Below the pieces are notes generated by a model. That model saw only the letters and a list, made by a program, of their open reading frames with translations, was not told the DNA's origin and searched no databases. A stretch of 64,000 nt of DNA, from NCBI GenBank assembly GCA_043228905.1, contig JBHGNT010000004.1, positions 24,862,001 through 24,926,000 of the forward strand. Reading direction: 5' to 3'. Below, in pieces: positions 28,101 to 40,861 of the stretch. Numbering within the stretch: the first letter of the stretch is position 1; every line of letters begins with the position of its first letter. Source of the DNA: Azolla caroliniana (lineage: Eukaryota > Plantae > Polypodiophyta). The position numbers and the translations under genes were made by a program.

Positions 28101-31100
28101 CCGTACCACATCTAATGAATGAAACAAACAATCGCAATAAGGGCTCAGTTACTATCATGCTGTCCCCAACTCAGCTTGGATAATGGCACGTGGTGTTGAG
28201 GCATTACTCCTAATCATGTGGGATATCATCACAAATGATCTCTTTGATGGCCTCCATCGATCATTGTACTCTCATTATTCTCTGTACTTTCGGCAGTATG
28301 CTTTGGGATATCCTCATTGTGTCTAATATCATGTGTTTCCAAGGACCAATCATCTTTATTGGGCCCACCTCATTTCCATAGAGCAGTGCACGTTTGACTA
28401 ATGCGTAGAAAAACCAAAGCTTTGTACTAGGTTCTTGGAAAGGAAACTTATTTATGTCTGGCACATTTGCTATATTCGATGAGGAGATAAGCTGCCTTTT
28501 CACAAAAGCAAGTATCAACACTCCTTGGAATAAGCACAACCCAGCCTGAGAAATGCAGACTTTAGCAAGCGACCTGTCATAAACATCAGAAACAAACCCA
28601 TTTGTCGAACTGGATATCAATCAACATGCTAAGAATTTCTTTTTGCCAAGACCATCTTAACTAGCACAAGATTCATCCATATCTTCAATGGTCACGTTCA
28701 ACATAAATCTTAGAAGCAGTTCGTGATATCTGGTATTAGTGGTTGCTATATTAAGCCTTAGTAAGCAAAGGTCTCCTTGTGAAACCTGGGTGGTGTCTTA
28801 ACACTAAGAAGCCAGGAAATGTTCACTTTGGATCTGTTCTGCATTGTCACGTAAAGCCCCTTAAAGCCACACTCGTTAGCCACAAGTTATGTGCTGAGAA
28901 CGCATGTCTTCATCAATCAGCCTGAAAAGTCATGTTATGGTCAGAAAACTTAGAACAAGGTTGCTAAACATTTCAAAGTTCAATTCAGCCATTCCCTCGC
29001 AATCCTGGAAACGGGTATCTTTGGTTGAGATTGCATCAACTGTTGCATAGATGGCATGTAAGACACTTCCATTAAGAGCACATAGCATATGTGCACAATC
29101 AATGCACCTATTGGCATCATAACTGCGAGGTTTCATCCTCTAAAAGAACATGAATATGAAAATTGGAGATTGTCATGCAAAAAAGCACAATTTGGAATCC
29201 TGCACCATCTCTTAAAAACTCAACGTCAAACGAACTGGTGCATGGTCTGACATAGTCATACCTTGAGAAACACCCAAACATCCAATATGAGAGAAAGTCC
29301 ATTGTTGCAAATAAATCTACATTATCAAAGTTCCACTAATGATCAATAAATTCACTGTGGCCAATATAAACACTAATTCTTACAAAAACAAGATTAGGCA
29401 ACATGTGCATAAAATTGAGACAACACTAATATGTGCACTGAGAGCAGAACAACTCTATCAAGCAAGGGAATAACATGGTTACTGACTGCATTAAGCCATT
29501 GTGATCTCATTAGCTATGTAAACACTGTACTCCTGGGCATACCACTTTAGGAATTAGCTCCCAATAGGCATAACTAGGTCCGTCCTAAAGACAATTTAGT
29601 ACACTTTTGGACATGGGCATTGAAAGACTCACTCTTTTGAAGATTGGACCATATGACATTGATAGTGGAACCGATATCCAATCCAACATCTTGAAATGTA
29701 AAAAGTTATTTCAATACAAGGGTGACCCAATCAACAATGGGCCAACTTGAGCAACCAGATAATATTCCTACCTTATGTGACATCCAACATCCCAAGGACA
29801 TTATGGGGTCCCAATCCACCTCCAAGAAGAATATGACAAGGACAAATAATGCACATACGTAGTAGGAACTGCTGCAAGATGTACATGCAAGTGACTTATC
29901 CAAGGCAAATGCTTCTTATGGAGGCTTGGGGGCCTCCACAACATACTTTTCTAACAATACTTTCCCTTCTTGCCATAAGGTTTATGGAAGAGTGTAAAGA
30001 ACTCTCATAGAATTGGGGTATGCGGAAGCGTAGTGCGTGTGTGAGAGTGGGGGTGTGAGCAAGAGAAGGACTCGGAGAAAATAACCAGAAATAAGAAAAT
30101 ACACAGTAGGAGGGTGACAGCTTATGCACTGAAGAAAGAAAGATATATTAACGTCTTTTAAGAGGCCAAAATGGCCTATAAGACCAAACAAGATATTACA
30201 TCTAAAGTGTTGTCTCGTCTTTGAGAACAAATCAAAATAGAATAAGAAGTACTCAGTAAATATAAAAGTAAATAAGATAAAAACAGACGAGGGAATCTGG
30301 TTTTCGGCACATGTGAGATTCTCAAGTTAGACATATTGTAACTTTTGCTTCGAACGATCTCTAGCATAGGTCGATCCAGAATGGAGAGGTCTCCGAAGTA
30401 AGGGAAGCACAATGGGCCAAGGCAAGGGGGTTTTCTATACAAGTCCTCAAGGGATTACACATTAAATGTGGTTGATGGAATCTAATCAAGATATCCACTC
30501 GAGTATGATTCTGTCATAAGAATATCTCATATTCTTTGACCACATTTACACTTGACAACTACACAGATTAGAATAAAGTGTGCTCACGCACTTTTTCACA
30601 CATTGTGCTTTTCATTCTCAACAAACATGGAAAAGACCATGTCAAATCCAAATATTGACATCAATACAATGATCCAATATCATCAAAATTGACACATTTG
30701 TTTTACGGAATCTTCCACAAAGCATAAGAAAATTGTTTCAAATGATCCCATTGCACATACTTTTTTTTCTGAACCACGACCGGTCCACCACTCAAGTTGT
30801 GAATATATAGAGGAGGTTGCATCTGACCTATATTTTCATGGGCATCATGTGTTTAGCACCTCTATAAACACTATTGGAATCCTCAACATGTATATTTATA
30901 CCAGAATTGTCACAATTACTAGGTTCAAACATAGTAAGGATTGATAGATTGAGAGCTCTTTCTTGATTCTATGGAAGGTGGTGCATGGACATTCTTAGTT
31001 GGAGTGATTTGTCTGATTAATTCCATTAACGAGCAAAACCTTAGGCTGAGAACTATTTACAAGAAGGATTCAATTCGTGTCCAACTTCTCTAAGAGACTA

Positions 31101-34100
31101 TTGCTGTCTAGGCCATGCAAGTTTGCGGCAATAAGAGGTTTGCAATGCCCTCAGATATTTTGGGCCACATGTACAAGACATTGATTAGTTCAATGATTTT
31201 ATCACCTAGACTGATAGGTTTAGGCAATCTTTTAAATGCTAAATTCTTGGAATTGGTACATTTATCATAACGTCAAGGGAAACATCACATATTGCTATAT
31301 AAAAGACAACGAAGATCTAGGAGGAAATATTACCACATACCTTTTATCTTCAGCGGCGATGCTCAAAAGCTCCTCCATATCAGTAGATATTAATCGCTGG
31401 ACACCTTCTGAACATAGGACCTCTTCTTTTAAATATCTTATCCTATCTGCAGACAGTGAAAGCTTCAAACTATATCCCTTGGCAATGGTGTTCGCCACTT
31501 CAAATGCTAATATCCCAATTTTGTTTCCTTTTGATGCGGCTGCCAACTGAAAACCACCTCCAGCTCCAAGGTTAAGATTTGTCATGCTACTACCTATTGT
31601 ATCTAATGCATCAACTGCTTTCCCAAGACCAGCAGTCCCAGCCCTTCCCACCACTTGCAAAACCTGCAAAAAATCAAAAATTTGTAACCAATTTTCCCTT
31701 TAACCTTACTTATGTAATGAAATTAAAGAAAAGACACAATCAAATCACCGTTTAAGTTTACTTAGATAAGATCTTATATCCAACCATACAAATGCATTCT
31801 ACTTTTAATGTATGCAGTATTTATATATTAGCCATCATATTGATTATTTCACCACAATGCCAAATTAACTATGAAAATTTTTGGATGTGTGGAACTTATC
31901 CTGTAGCAACACAGATCTTCAGTGTTGTAACCTAGGACTAAACAGATATGGAATATGAACCAACCATAGTCATATATTAAGAAATCCACATGAAGAGCAA
32001 TGATCTAAATTTGGACTTGGACTTGCAGATGTTTTGTTTTGTCATTCACACTGATGAGTTAATGTGAACAGATGTAACCTTTGTTAGACTCACAAGCCAT
32101 TCTTGCCTCTTAAAAAATGCTAGAATATCTGTTTTCTTTCTTTAATGTGAACAGATGTAACCTTTGTTAGACTCACAAGCCATTCTTGCCTCTTAAAAAA
32201 TGCTAGAATATCTGTTTTCTTTCTTTCTTTCGGTTGTCGGAGGCTGTGGCGAGCACAATTGCAGTAGAACAAGGATACCACTATCACCCACTCTCTTCAA
32301 TCTCTAAATTGATGAGGTATCACATTACATAGGGAGATTCGGCAGTTCAGGAGAAAAGCATCAGTGCCACTTGATATAATCTGGATAGAAATGAGAGCAG
32401 ACCCAATAATCATTGCGGCATTATTTGGATCAGTGAACAATATCCAACAGCTTCAAGAGCTCCCTAAATGAAGGTACTCAACGTTGGTATTTATGTCATC
32501 ATTGAGCTCCCTGAATGAAGGTACTCAACATTGGCATTTATGTCATCATTGAGCTCCCTGAATGAAGGTACTCAACATTGGCATTTATGTCATCATTGAG
32601 CTCCCTGAATGAAGGTAGTCAACGAAGGTGCTGAAAAATGGAGATATTCATTGTTGGTAGGCTGAAATGCAACAAAGGTTTGAGTCACATGGCATAAGCA
32701 CAAATGCACTACCTCCATTCTAATATAGCTCGATTGTCCCCATCTAAACATGACCAAATTGGAAAAAATAGAGTGATCTAAACTGATATTATCAACTTCA
32801 AAAACAAAATAACATGGATCAGCCCCACAACATCTCTTGGTAGGAAGATGGCCCACTATAAAACACCTTTTACACACATCAGAGGATGGATTGATCATCC
32901 GGACCTCTTATATATACATACATCTATCCTATGGAATGCATTGTGTAATAGGGCAGCTGTGAACTTCTCCACATCATTTAAAGATTGAGGTAGGCAGATA
33001 TGCACAAAAAGCTCTAGAAGAAAGAGTTTGACAATTGTATCATCAGGGAGTGGAATCTGAAGAACGATTTGTTTGTCATTGTACAGATTTTTATGAAATA
33101 AGAGGGCAAATCCATGCCTCTTTAATCAAGCCTTTGGCCCTTTACACAAGGTAATGGAATATGATGACCGATGGTGCCTATGGTTTTCCTTGGTCAAACT
33201 CAAGAGCCAAAGGGAGTTGTCGAAGAACAACAATACAGCACACAAGCTCATCAACAAAGAACCACAAGTTTCTTTAGCCCCATCACTCCCTACCACTATG
33301 AGCCAATCAAGGGCTAGAAAAATGGGCTCCCCACCAATAGATGGGGAAATAGCAATTTGTCATGCATATAGTTTCTGGCCTTGTGGACCGTGGCCTCACC
33401 ACCCTTGTCATCGACACTGAAACCCATTATCTCCTGCCATTGTAGGTGCTTCTCTTGCCATTCTGAATCGACCTGTGCTCGAGATCTTTCGAAGTCAAAA
33501 TTTACAATATGTCTCACTTGAGAGTCTTACTAGTAAAGACGACAAGATTCTTTAGTCAAGAGTGATTCTATTTCTATTTACATTTTTACTTAAATTTATT
33601 TTGGTTTGTTGTTCCCAAAGACAAGAAAACATTTTCAGATGCAATCTCTTGTTTGATCTTATAGCACATTTTGGCATATTAAAAGAAGTTAATATGCATT
33701 TCTCTATTCTTTCCTTCTTTCTCCAGCTATGAGCTGTTTGCACAATTTTATTGGGGAGAAAATTTGATTATTGCATGTACAAGAACTTCATCTAATTAGC
33801 AAGCGAATTTCATGTTGGTAAGAGTATTTGCTAATGTTGCAAAACTCCTCTCCTGTACATATGTTTAGCACTCCAATTATGTCGCCAGCATGTAATTTCA
33901 GCATCCTTAATTATTAATTTGGTACATTTTCAATTGAATTCAGCACCTTCAGACATCTTTGACAATAAATTTAACACCTTTGATGAAGAGTTAGACATCT
34001 TTGATAGTTAACTCAAATCCTTGATGGTGAATTGAAACATATTTATTTTTTGCGATGAGCTTGATATTATTGGTTGGTGAATTGAATATCTTTGATTGGT

Positions 34101-34742
34101 GAAGTTGGAACATTTTTTAATAGTGGATTCGAAATATATCAAATGGTGAATTCAGTTTCTTTGTTGGTGAATTTCACATTCATGATGGCATATGTTCATA
34201 ATGAATCCCACCATGTTTGATGGCAATTTTTCAAAACCAATCCACCATGTTTGAGCGGTGATTTAATCACACTTCAGAATGACTGATTCAGCTTTCTCAA
34301 TGGTGAATTGAGCTTCATCAATCTAATCCTTACTAAGATCACATGCATATGTATACAAACACGTCTAAAAGACTTAAAATGTCATTACTATATATTTTCA
34401 AGAAACTTCCACGCATAGGGTATGGGAATTTGGTTTGAAATTGAGCAAACATACCTTGGTCTTTATGCGAGTAGTCTTGCTCTTCTCAGAGGCAGAGTTG
34501 GAAGCGACACTGGCATTTGCAGCAGAGGTGGTGACATCAGTGGAGATGACATCAGTCCTTGCAACATGCAGCGGGACAGGGCCAAGCGGTCCAGAAATGT
34601 CTCTAGGGGGTCTATAGGTAGCCTCCGAAACCCTAAAAAGGCGTCTTGTCAAAGGAGAACGAGATTCAGAAGGCCCGTCATTAGCAATATTGCTGCTGCT
34701 GCTATAATGTTCACCTTCTTTCTTTGAATAGCCAGCACCCAT
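10129..34742 (-). CDS. PSK SIMULATOR-like protein (DUF3475 + DUF668). Exons 34742-34455, 31663-31341, 27268-27176, 27080-26993, 26737-26644, 14412-14315, 14039-13970, 13408-13296, 11235-11119, 10979-10900, 10768-10724, 10645-10129
   Basis: Family motifs [91 protein letters not shown] and IQTLHHAD, plus an N-terminal MGxxxS myristoylation-type motif. All junctions are GT-AG and frame-consistent. Confidence 0.92.
14640..15840 (-). mobile_element. LTR-retrotransposon 3' remnant; LTR ends at 15426 and is interrupted by LINE 3' ends
   Basis: Minus strand reads PPT-like GATGGGGGCA then TGTTGAGAATCAAGCTCAAC, the same start as the solo LTR at 56982. It is similar to the copy at 29993-30623. Confidence 0.6.
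14725..15130 (-). mobile_element. Two tandem 3' ends (3'UTR + (CTTT)n tail) of the RTE/RTEX-like LINE
   Basis: Near-identical to the 3'UTR at 17088-17370. Confidence 0.85.
15845..16810 (-). mobile_element. RTE/RTEX-like LINE internal fragment (RT N-terminal region)
   Basis: NYRTIMIG, QAGFRKGFTTLDHI and FVDFQKAF motifs; paralogous to 19034-19900. Confidence 0.85.
17088..20500 (-). mobile_element. Near full-length degenerate LINE (APE endonuclease-RT-CCHC zinc finger), RTE/RTEX-like
   Basis: APE-like G.G.VAVL and DFNART; RT motifs FVDFRKAFD, VKQGCPLSPTLF, LLYVDDIVL and YTYLG; C-terminal HQLQIEVGRY..ERICQLC..ESEEHYVCHC; (CTTT)n tail. Several frameshifts are present. Confidence 0.9.
20545..21853 (-). 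mobile_element. Ty1/copia 3' half (RT-RNase H, PPT, 214-bp 3' LTR 20545-20758)
   Basis: SLYGLKQSPRAWF, VYVDDIIITG, YCDSDWAS, SWKSKKQSVVARS and HDRTKHIEID motifs; PPT GAGGGGGAG precedes TGTTGAGA...TGAACA. Confidence 0.9.
21854..22095 (+). mobile_element. Probable Penelope-like element (PLE) RT fragment
   Basis: Reads FFKRYMDD...FLDSY...NIKIT, then after a frameshift FLDLHIFK...LSSRCHQ. This matches the PLE pattern RYxDD-IKFT-FLDL. Confidence 0.55.
22140..22337 (+). mobile_element. Diverged 3'UTR of the RTE/RTEX-like LINE
   Basis: Reverse-complement similarity to 17088-17290. Confidence 0.7.
23495..23760. repeat. Tandem duplication, about 136-bp unit (third degenerate copy near 23815-23935)
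   Basis: TATAAATTC..AGAATTCCAAGTTTTC...CTGCACCCA occurs at 23495 and 23631. Confidence 0.8.
25050..25631 (-). mobile_element. RTE/RTEX-like LINE RT fragment
   Basis: Paralogous to 18370-18940 (ILLYADDIVLIS, YTYLG). Confidence 0.85.
28190..28450 (-). mobile_element. Old RTE-like LINE fragment
   Basis: FQEPSTKLWFFYALVKRALLYG resembles FQEPRTKLWLFDTLVTPTILYG of the main copy. Confidence 0.55.
29993..30623 (-). mobile_element. LTR remnant with an inserted LINE 3' end (30131-30410)
   Basis: Similar to 14640-15426 on both sides of the LINE tail; ends CATTCTCAACA. No TSD was found. Confidence 0.65.
32270..33720 (+). mobile_element. Degenerate, internally deleted 3' half of the RTE/RTEX-like LINE, with a 47-bp tandem array (32457-32620)
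   Basis: QGYPLSPTLF-like start, then zinc-finger and 3'UTR regions similar to the reverse complement of 17088-18330. Confidence 0.8.
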
Positions 34743-37396
34743 TAGCAGAACAATTCAAGAAAACGCAAAAGAAAAAGAAAAACAGAGCTGCTTCTCGTCT
34801 TCTTTCTTATTTTAGCTATGGCGTGAAGAATTGTTGTTTTTCTTCTTCACAAACACACACACACACACACACACACACGGGGGGGGGGGGGGGGGGGAGG
34901 AGAGAGAGAGAGAGATCAGAAGAAACTCAACAATCCAAGCTACAAGACCATTCCAGAGAGAGAATCCATGATGTGGAAGGGGTCAACAGGACCACAGATG
35001 CTTGCAACCCAGGGTGGGCTCCTCTCATATACTGTACTAAAATCTCTCAGTTCTTTCTCTTTCTTTCTTTCTTTTCTTTTCTGTTCTTTTATTCACTCTG
35101 ATTAGAAGGTTGGAAGGGCCGCCAAAAACAGGGGAAGGGGACAGAGGAAGATCTCTCTCTCTATCTCTCTATCTCTCTCTATTCAATTGATATACAACTC
35201 TTCTACTAAAACAGGTACATTACATGTATGTATGTATGTAATGTTGTCAGATCTACCTCCATATCATTGCTCTTTTCCTTTTCTTCTTCTCTTTTCCATC
35301 TCTCTCTCTCTCTCTCTGTTGACCCATTTCCTTCCTTCCTGCCTCTTCTCTGCCTCAAAGCCTACATATATATGTAGACAGATCTAAGTCTTAACTTTTA
35401 AGATAGATATATGTATATCATATGTATATAACCTTATCCTCTTCCTCTTCTCCTGAATGGCTATGCTTCCATTTTAGCTTCCCTAATCTTCTTTCTCCTA
35501 ATGGCAATGCTTCAATTTTAGCTTGGCATCCCCTCTTGTGCTCACTAATCGAATCGCCTCTCTTTAGTGATTATATTTTTGTCTTGTCTAATCCCACCCC
35601 TACCTTGGTATGTACCTCCCGCTCGTATGCCTTATCCTACCCTTTGTTTGTGGTTTCTACTTACCCGAGAGTATCTTTGCTTCACGGAAATGTCGAACTG
35701 GCGTTAGTTCAAGGCGATGGAATCTCACTTTGGAATGAACTTTTATGATGCACGATGAAAGGTGGACATTAGCGACGGATTTCGTATTTCTCTTAAGGTT
35801 GTAGGGATTCAAGCATGTCCATGAAGAGGGCCCTATATACATACAACAACTTTGGCATGTTGCCTAGGATGGACTAACCACACTTGCCCATTTAGTGGCA
35901 TTTTGATTGTTAAGAGGCACCATATCTATAGTTATAAAACTAAGAAGTCTGCAACAAGGCCATGTGTGATGAGTTTTCCCTTTGATGAGACATTTGCATT
36001 TGTAGTAGTGGTAGCTAGAAGTTCTGGTCCCTTTGGAAACATAGAGCATGACACGTGCCCATCAAAAAATATTAGTTGATATTTGGAATTTATCTTGTCA
36101 TCAGAAAACTACATAAGGTTGAACAAAGTGCCTCGTCTCATTCACTCGATGAAGGTCTTTGTGGTGTGGTGATCATCTTTTGGATCGAGAAAGCATGTCC
36201 ATTGATTGACAAAGGGTGTAATGTGTGGTGATTGGTCATACATCATGTGCCTTTCACTTGGGGTTATATAAAGAAGTAATATCCATTCTAGTGATAATGT
36301 GGTCAAGTCAACAAAGACTTGCAACCAAATTGAACAGCAATTAATTGTATCATCTCTCACATGAACTAGCTTTCTGTGATGCTTGGCATACACATTGTCA
36401 ATTAGTCTTATGTAAACATTATTAAAATGTTAAGTGTTTGAATGCCATTGTATGAGCAAATCGTTGAAATTCCCAAGAGCTTTATATTATTGAAATTGAG
36501 CACGACTAATTGGTAACATTATGCTTATTAAAGGGTATAATCATCAAAATAATGTCACTTGAGTCATGGATAGCGATTGGTCATAATCTAAAGCCATTAT
36601 GCAATATTGATGTGGGTTTTGTACAAATGCTATATTTTGAAGTCTCCTGTAAATTAAGATATTGCTAATTTGAAATTGTCCAATAGAAATTTCTTCATGT
36701 GCCATTTGCTACGTTGTACATAAAATTATAATTTGACATAATTGGCATGTTTTCATCGTAAAATCTAGAATTGAAATGGTATTGATGCTGATTTTATGTT
36801 TTTTTTCTCATATTACTCTCTTAAATTGATGATGGAATATGAGATTTCCAAAGTTTGACAAAAAAAAATCATGTTGTATTGTTTAGCATCATCATCTCAA
36901 TGCAAAGGTCATCTTATATGCATAAAAAGTCATCTCATTATGATACATTTTGAGCTAGATTCATGGAGGCTCTAAATGCACAACATGAATCAATATTGAG
37001 GTTGTCATGTTGCACGTGCCAATAGAAGTGTCCATGCTTTTTATTGCGTGAATTTAATAATTATGCTTTTGAATATATAGCCCAATATGTTGCATTTGAC
37101 CTTAATTATACTAGTAGGTGATGGGTTTTCTAACTTGATTTGAGGAGATACAACCCCTAGATAAGGGTTTGGATGCAATTTCAGGGTCAAAGCCAAATGG
37201 TTAGAGACAAGACAAACGTGGATTGTGTTGTAGACCCCCACAATAGATACACAACTTCGCATCCAAACATTGTCTTTTTTATGCCTCTAAAAAGGAACCT
37301 CTTATCAATGAATGATCAACCTGCATGGGGGTATGACTTATGTTGCTTTCTATTAAAGTGGAGGATATATTTTGAAGTTGGTACTGAGGTAAGTAA

Positions 37397-37767
37397 TGTT
37401 GTATGTATGGCTGGACTAGCCGCAACACAGGTGTCTATCCGACACTTCTCCAAAGGGGTGGTAGGGATAGGATGTTAATACACGCGTATGATAATTACAC
37501 TTAAGCACAGACGAAGACAAGATTAATCAGCATAAGCAAAACTATATTAATTCTTCGCGCTTTCATTACAAAACATCGGATCCTTTTATAGGCATCCGGC
37601 CAGATTACAATCGGTGCTCGGTAGGCAACCGTTAACCGAAACCGAATCGGTTCGGATCCGGATCGGTTACAACTACCGGATCCGTCCCTCCTAATAATTC
37701 TATTCCTATTTCTATATTTATCCGATCCGACCTTGCTTTCCCATTTGCCTTCTCTGACCGGCCAACA
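37397..37767 (-). repeat. 3' LTR
   Basis: Direct repeat of 47185-47555 with no mismatch seen by eye; contains CCTATAAAAGG on the minus strand. Confidence 0.95.
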
Positions 37768-37817
37768 CATGGCACGCCCGTGGGAAAGTGCATTGCACTT
37801 CGAACCCACAGCCGGCT

Positions 37818-40718
37818 TCAGTCTTCCTCCAAATTATCAGGCAAACTCCGCTCCGAGGTTTCAAGTGTTGTTTTGCCTGTGCCGTCTCCGACGTCCGATT
37901 GGATTGGCTGCCTTTTCGCATCTTGCTGCTCCGACTCTGCTTGTACCGGTGGTACCGGTGTTTCTTCTGTATCCTGTCCGGGTCTGTCCTGCTCCACCTC
38001 CGTTCCGTTCTCGGTATCGCTCTCTCCGGTTTCCACTGGTTGTGTCCTTTCCTCCCCGGATTCGGTACTTCTCTGTCTCCACTCTGCATCATCCCCGGCA
38101 TCAACCTGCTCTTGCTCCGGAAGTTCTTCCTCGGGTACATTGTTGGTTGGGTCCTCTTCAGCCGGTCGCTCGCCCTCACTAATGGAGATCGGCGTTGTGT
38201 GTCCCTCGGCTTCCTGTCGCAGTCGGTCCTTCTCGTACCCTTCCAATTCTAGTTGGGTTTCGAGCTGTCCGTCATCCAACCTCTCTACTAACCCTTGGAT
38301 TTCCTTGAGATGTTCTTCTGCTAGAGCATAGAAATCCTCCGACAGTTCTTCCCGGATGTTGACGATACTTTCTTCGTCCATTTTATAGAACCCATCTCCG
38401 TTTTTCCTCCGATTTTCTGCATCAGCTCGGAGTATCTGCAGTTCAGCTGCCTGTTGTGCCCATTCCTTCCAGAGTTTCTCCGTGCTTTCATTTATGCTGG
38501 CCTGAGCTCGGGTACTCCAGCTGGACATGATGAACTTAATTCGGTCAACCCCTGCTTTAGCCTGTTCCGAAGCTGCTTGTTTTTCCTTCCTTATCCGTTT
38601 GATGATGTCGGCCATTAACTGAGCTTGAGCTTCAGAGTCGACTTTTTGCTTGTCACAGGTACTCCGCCATTTGTTGATTTCGAAAGTCAACTTCACTTTT
38701 TCCTCGTTCCGGCTCTTTGTCAGTTCCCCTACTTTCTGCCGAAGTACTTCCAGCTCCTTTCTTTGTTCCGACGTCAAGGTCTTCTCCGCCGATACTTCCT
38801 CCCTTGCTTTGGACAATTCCAAGCGGTTTTCCTTGAGCTGCTCTTTCAGCTTCTCCATCTGTCGGTCGTACGTTGCTGCCTGATTCTTGATGTCCGACGT
38901 GGCCTGTTTATAATCCTTACATAGTCGGTCGAATTCCTCCGTCTTCTGTTTTAGGCGTCGGTTCGCCTGAGCTCGCAACTGATCATCCCGGTCCTTTTGT
39001 TGTCGGAGTTCCTCTCGCAACCGCTCAATTTCCTGCTCCATTCGTCGGCGCAGCCTATCTTTTTCCTTTTGCAGTGTCCCGTTTTCTTCTTGTAGTCGGT
39101 CATTGGTGGCTTTGCTTCGGCGAAGGCCTTCCTCCATTCGCCGTCTGTCGTCTTCTACCAACTTCCGCTGCTCTCTTTCGTTATCTCTCAATGCCTCCTG
39201 AGCCTGTAATTCTTCTTTCAGAGTTGCTATTAACTTCTCGGTCTCAGGGCCGGTTTGCAAGGCCTTCTCCGTTTCTGGTTCGGCTTGCTTTTCTGATGTC
39301 GCGACCGGCTCGGTGCCATGTTGTGCTTGTCGGCTGCCTTCTTTTGCCTGTGCTATCTCTTCCTGCAGCTCATTTAATTGTGCCCGGAGCATGACCATAT
39401 CCTTAGTCATCGTCCTAGTCACTTCTTCTCTTTGCTCCTCCTCTTTCTCCATCTGGTCTGCTACTCCCGACAACTGCCCTGACAACCATCTTAGCCATTG
39501 TGCCTTTGTTCTGCCTTCGTTGGTGTCATCAGGCGTGCCTAGCTCCGGCTGTTTTTCCGGCTGTTTCTCCGGCCTCTTCTCTTGTTCCGGCGCTTGTTCC
39601 TTTCTTTGTTCTTCGAACTCCGCCGCCGTCGGTTCCGGTACTGCCGTCTTTGGTGCAGACGAACCTTCATCCTGTGTCGCTTCTGTTCCGGTTACTGGAG
39701 GCGGTTCTTTTGCCCGTTGCTGAGTTCCGTCCGCTGTTGGGGTCGGTTTTGTCGCTCGTTTCTCCTTTCCTTGCCTGGGTGGTAGTATTAACATCGGTTC
39801 GGATGAGTCTTCCTCTGTTTCAGCGTCCTCCGTCGGTGCCACTATTGGTTCCTTTACTGGTACTGGTTCCGATTCGAGCGTTACTGGTTCGGTGTCGGTT
39901 TGCCTCTTGCTGGTCTTCTTTGCCCCCTTCTCCTTGCCTTTTTCCGCCTTTTTCTTCTTCGTTGTCGGTTGCTGTTGCTGTTTCTGTGGCTGCCGTGATG
40001 AGCCTTCCTCCCGTTGCTATCGGGAGGAGTCTTCTTCCCTCGGTTGTCGAGATGAGCCTTCTTTCCGCGGCTGTCGGGATGATCCCTCTTCTGGCGGCGC
40101 TTCTTCTTCCTGTGTCCATCCTGGAGTGTGTTTCTCTAGGATTCGTCGGCGCTTCATGGTTTGCTTCGGGGTAGTCTCCTGCCGACTTCTTTGCTTGTGC
40201 TTGATGGGGGACACCGGTGGGACCAACACTGTTAACCATTGGGATATTCCGGCCCATGGCTTCTTCCCTTCCACTAAGTGCTTGATCGCCTCTTTCAGTC
40301 CTTCGGTGATGAAATGGAGCCAGTCCACCTGCAGGCCTTCGAATGTCGCGATGACGATCGCTGCTCGGTATTTGGCTATGGCTGCCGGATGAGGGTTCAC
40401 GAACCCGTACTCCATCAGGGCGCGGGCCACCTCTCCGAACAGCAGGTTCTCTCCGCCCTGTGTGCGATACGCCTTGCTACTAAGGGAGTATTCGCCGAAA
40501 TACTCGAAGAATATTTGGCTCGAGGGTAGCTCTATCGTCTGAAGGCCTCCCTCCGAAATCCCTGTGAGCGCTTGTACCGCTCCTTCCGTGACCTCTGCTA
40601 AGTCCACCGCTGTTGCCGCCTGCTCTGGTTCCTTGTGTGGTGGAGCGTCAGCGACCCGCAGCAGCCCTCCTAATCCGTTCTCTGTCAGCCATTGGCGCGC
40701 TCCTTCCGACAGTGCCAT
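37818..40718 (-). CDS. Extra sense ORF of the Ty3 element: N-terminal globular domain, acidic/low-complexity linker and long coiled coil; one in-frame TAG at 40019-40017
   Basis: ORFs 40017-40976 and 37818-39842 share a frame, and the 58 codons between them are open. ATG 40718 is in good context (GCGATGG). GLQVDWLHFI..L..AI resembles the Athila/Tat accessory ('plant transposon protein') domain. Confidence 0.7.
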
Positions 40719-40853
40719 CGCTTCTTCTTCCTCTGCTGCTGCCTGTGGTCTGAGGTCGGGGTGTGGGTGTTCTGCGCGTCGGATCTTGCTGTCTTGAGCC
40801 TGCGTTTGCTTGTGGGAAAATTCGTAAAAAGTGAACCCTTCCCCGGTTCTTCC

Positions 40854-40861
40854 TTTATATA
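40854..40861 (-). promoter_or_regulatory. Candidate internal TATA box for the extra ORF
   Basis: CCACTATATAAAGG on the minus strand, about 140 nt upstream of ATG 40718. Confidence 0.45.

Noticed and set aside
28450-29300. Possible further PLE C-terminus or hammerhead ribozyme
   Set aside because: No complete CUGANGA/GAAA core or convincing protein motif was found by eye.
32061-32226. 83-bp tandem duplication
   Set aside because: Ordinary local duplication ending in a LINE-tail-like sequence.
32457-32620. 47-bp repeat array as a possible CRISPR
   Set aside because: Head-to-tail repeats with no unique spacers, inside a LINE in a eukaryotic intron.
37501-37809. About 101-aa ORF present in both LTRs
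   Set aside because: Non-ATG start outside the LTR boundary; identity simply reflects LTR duplication.
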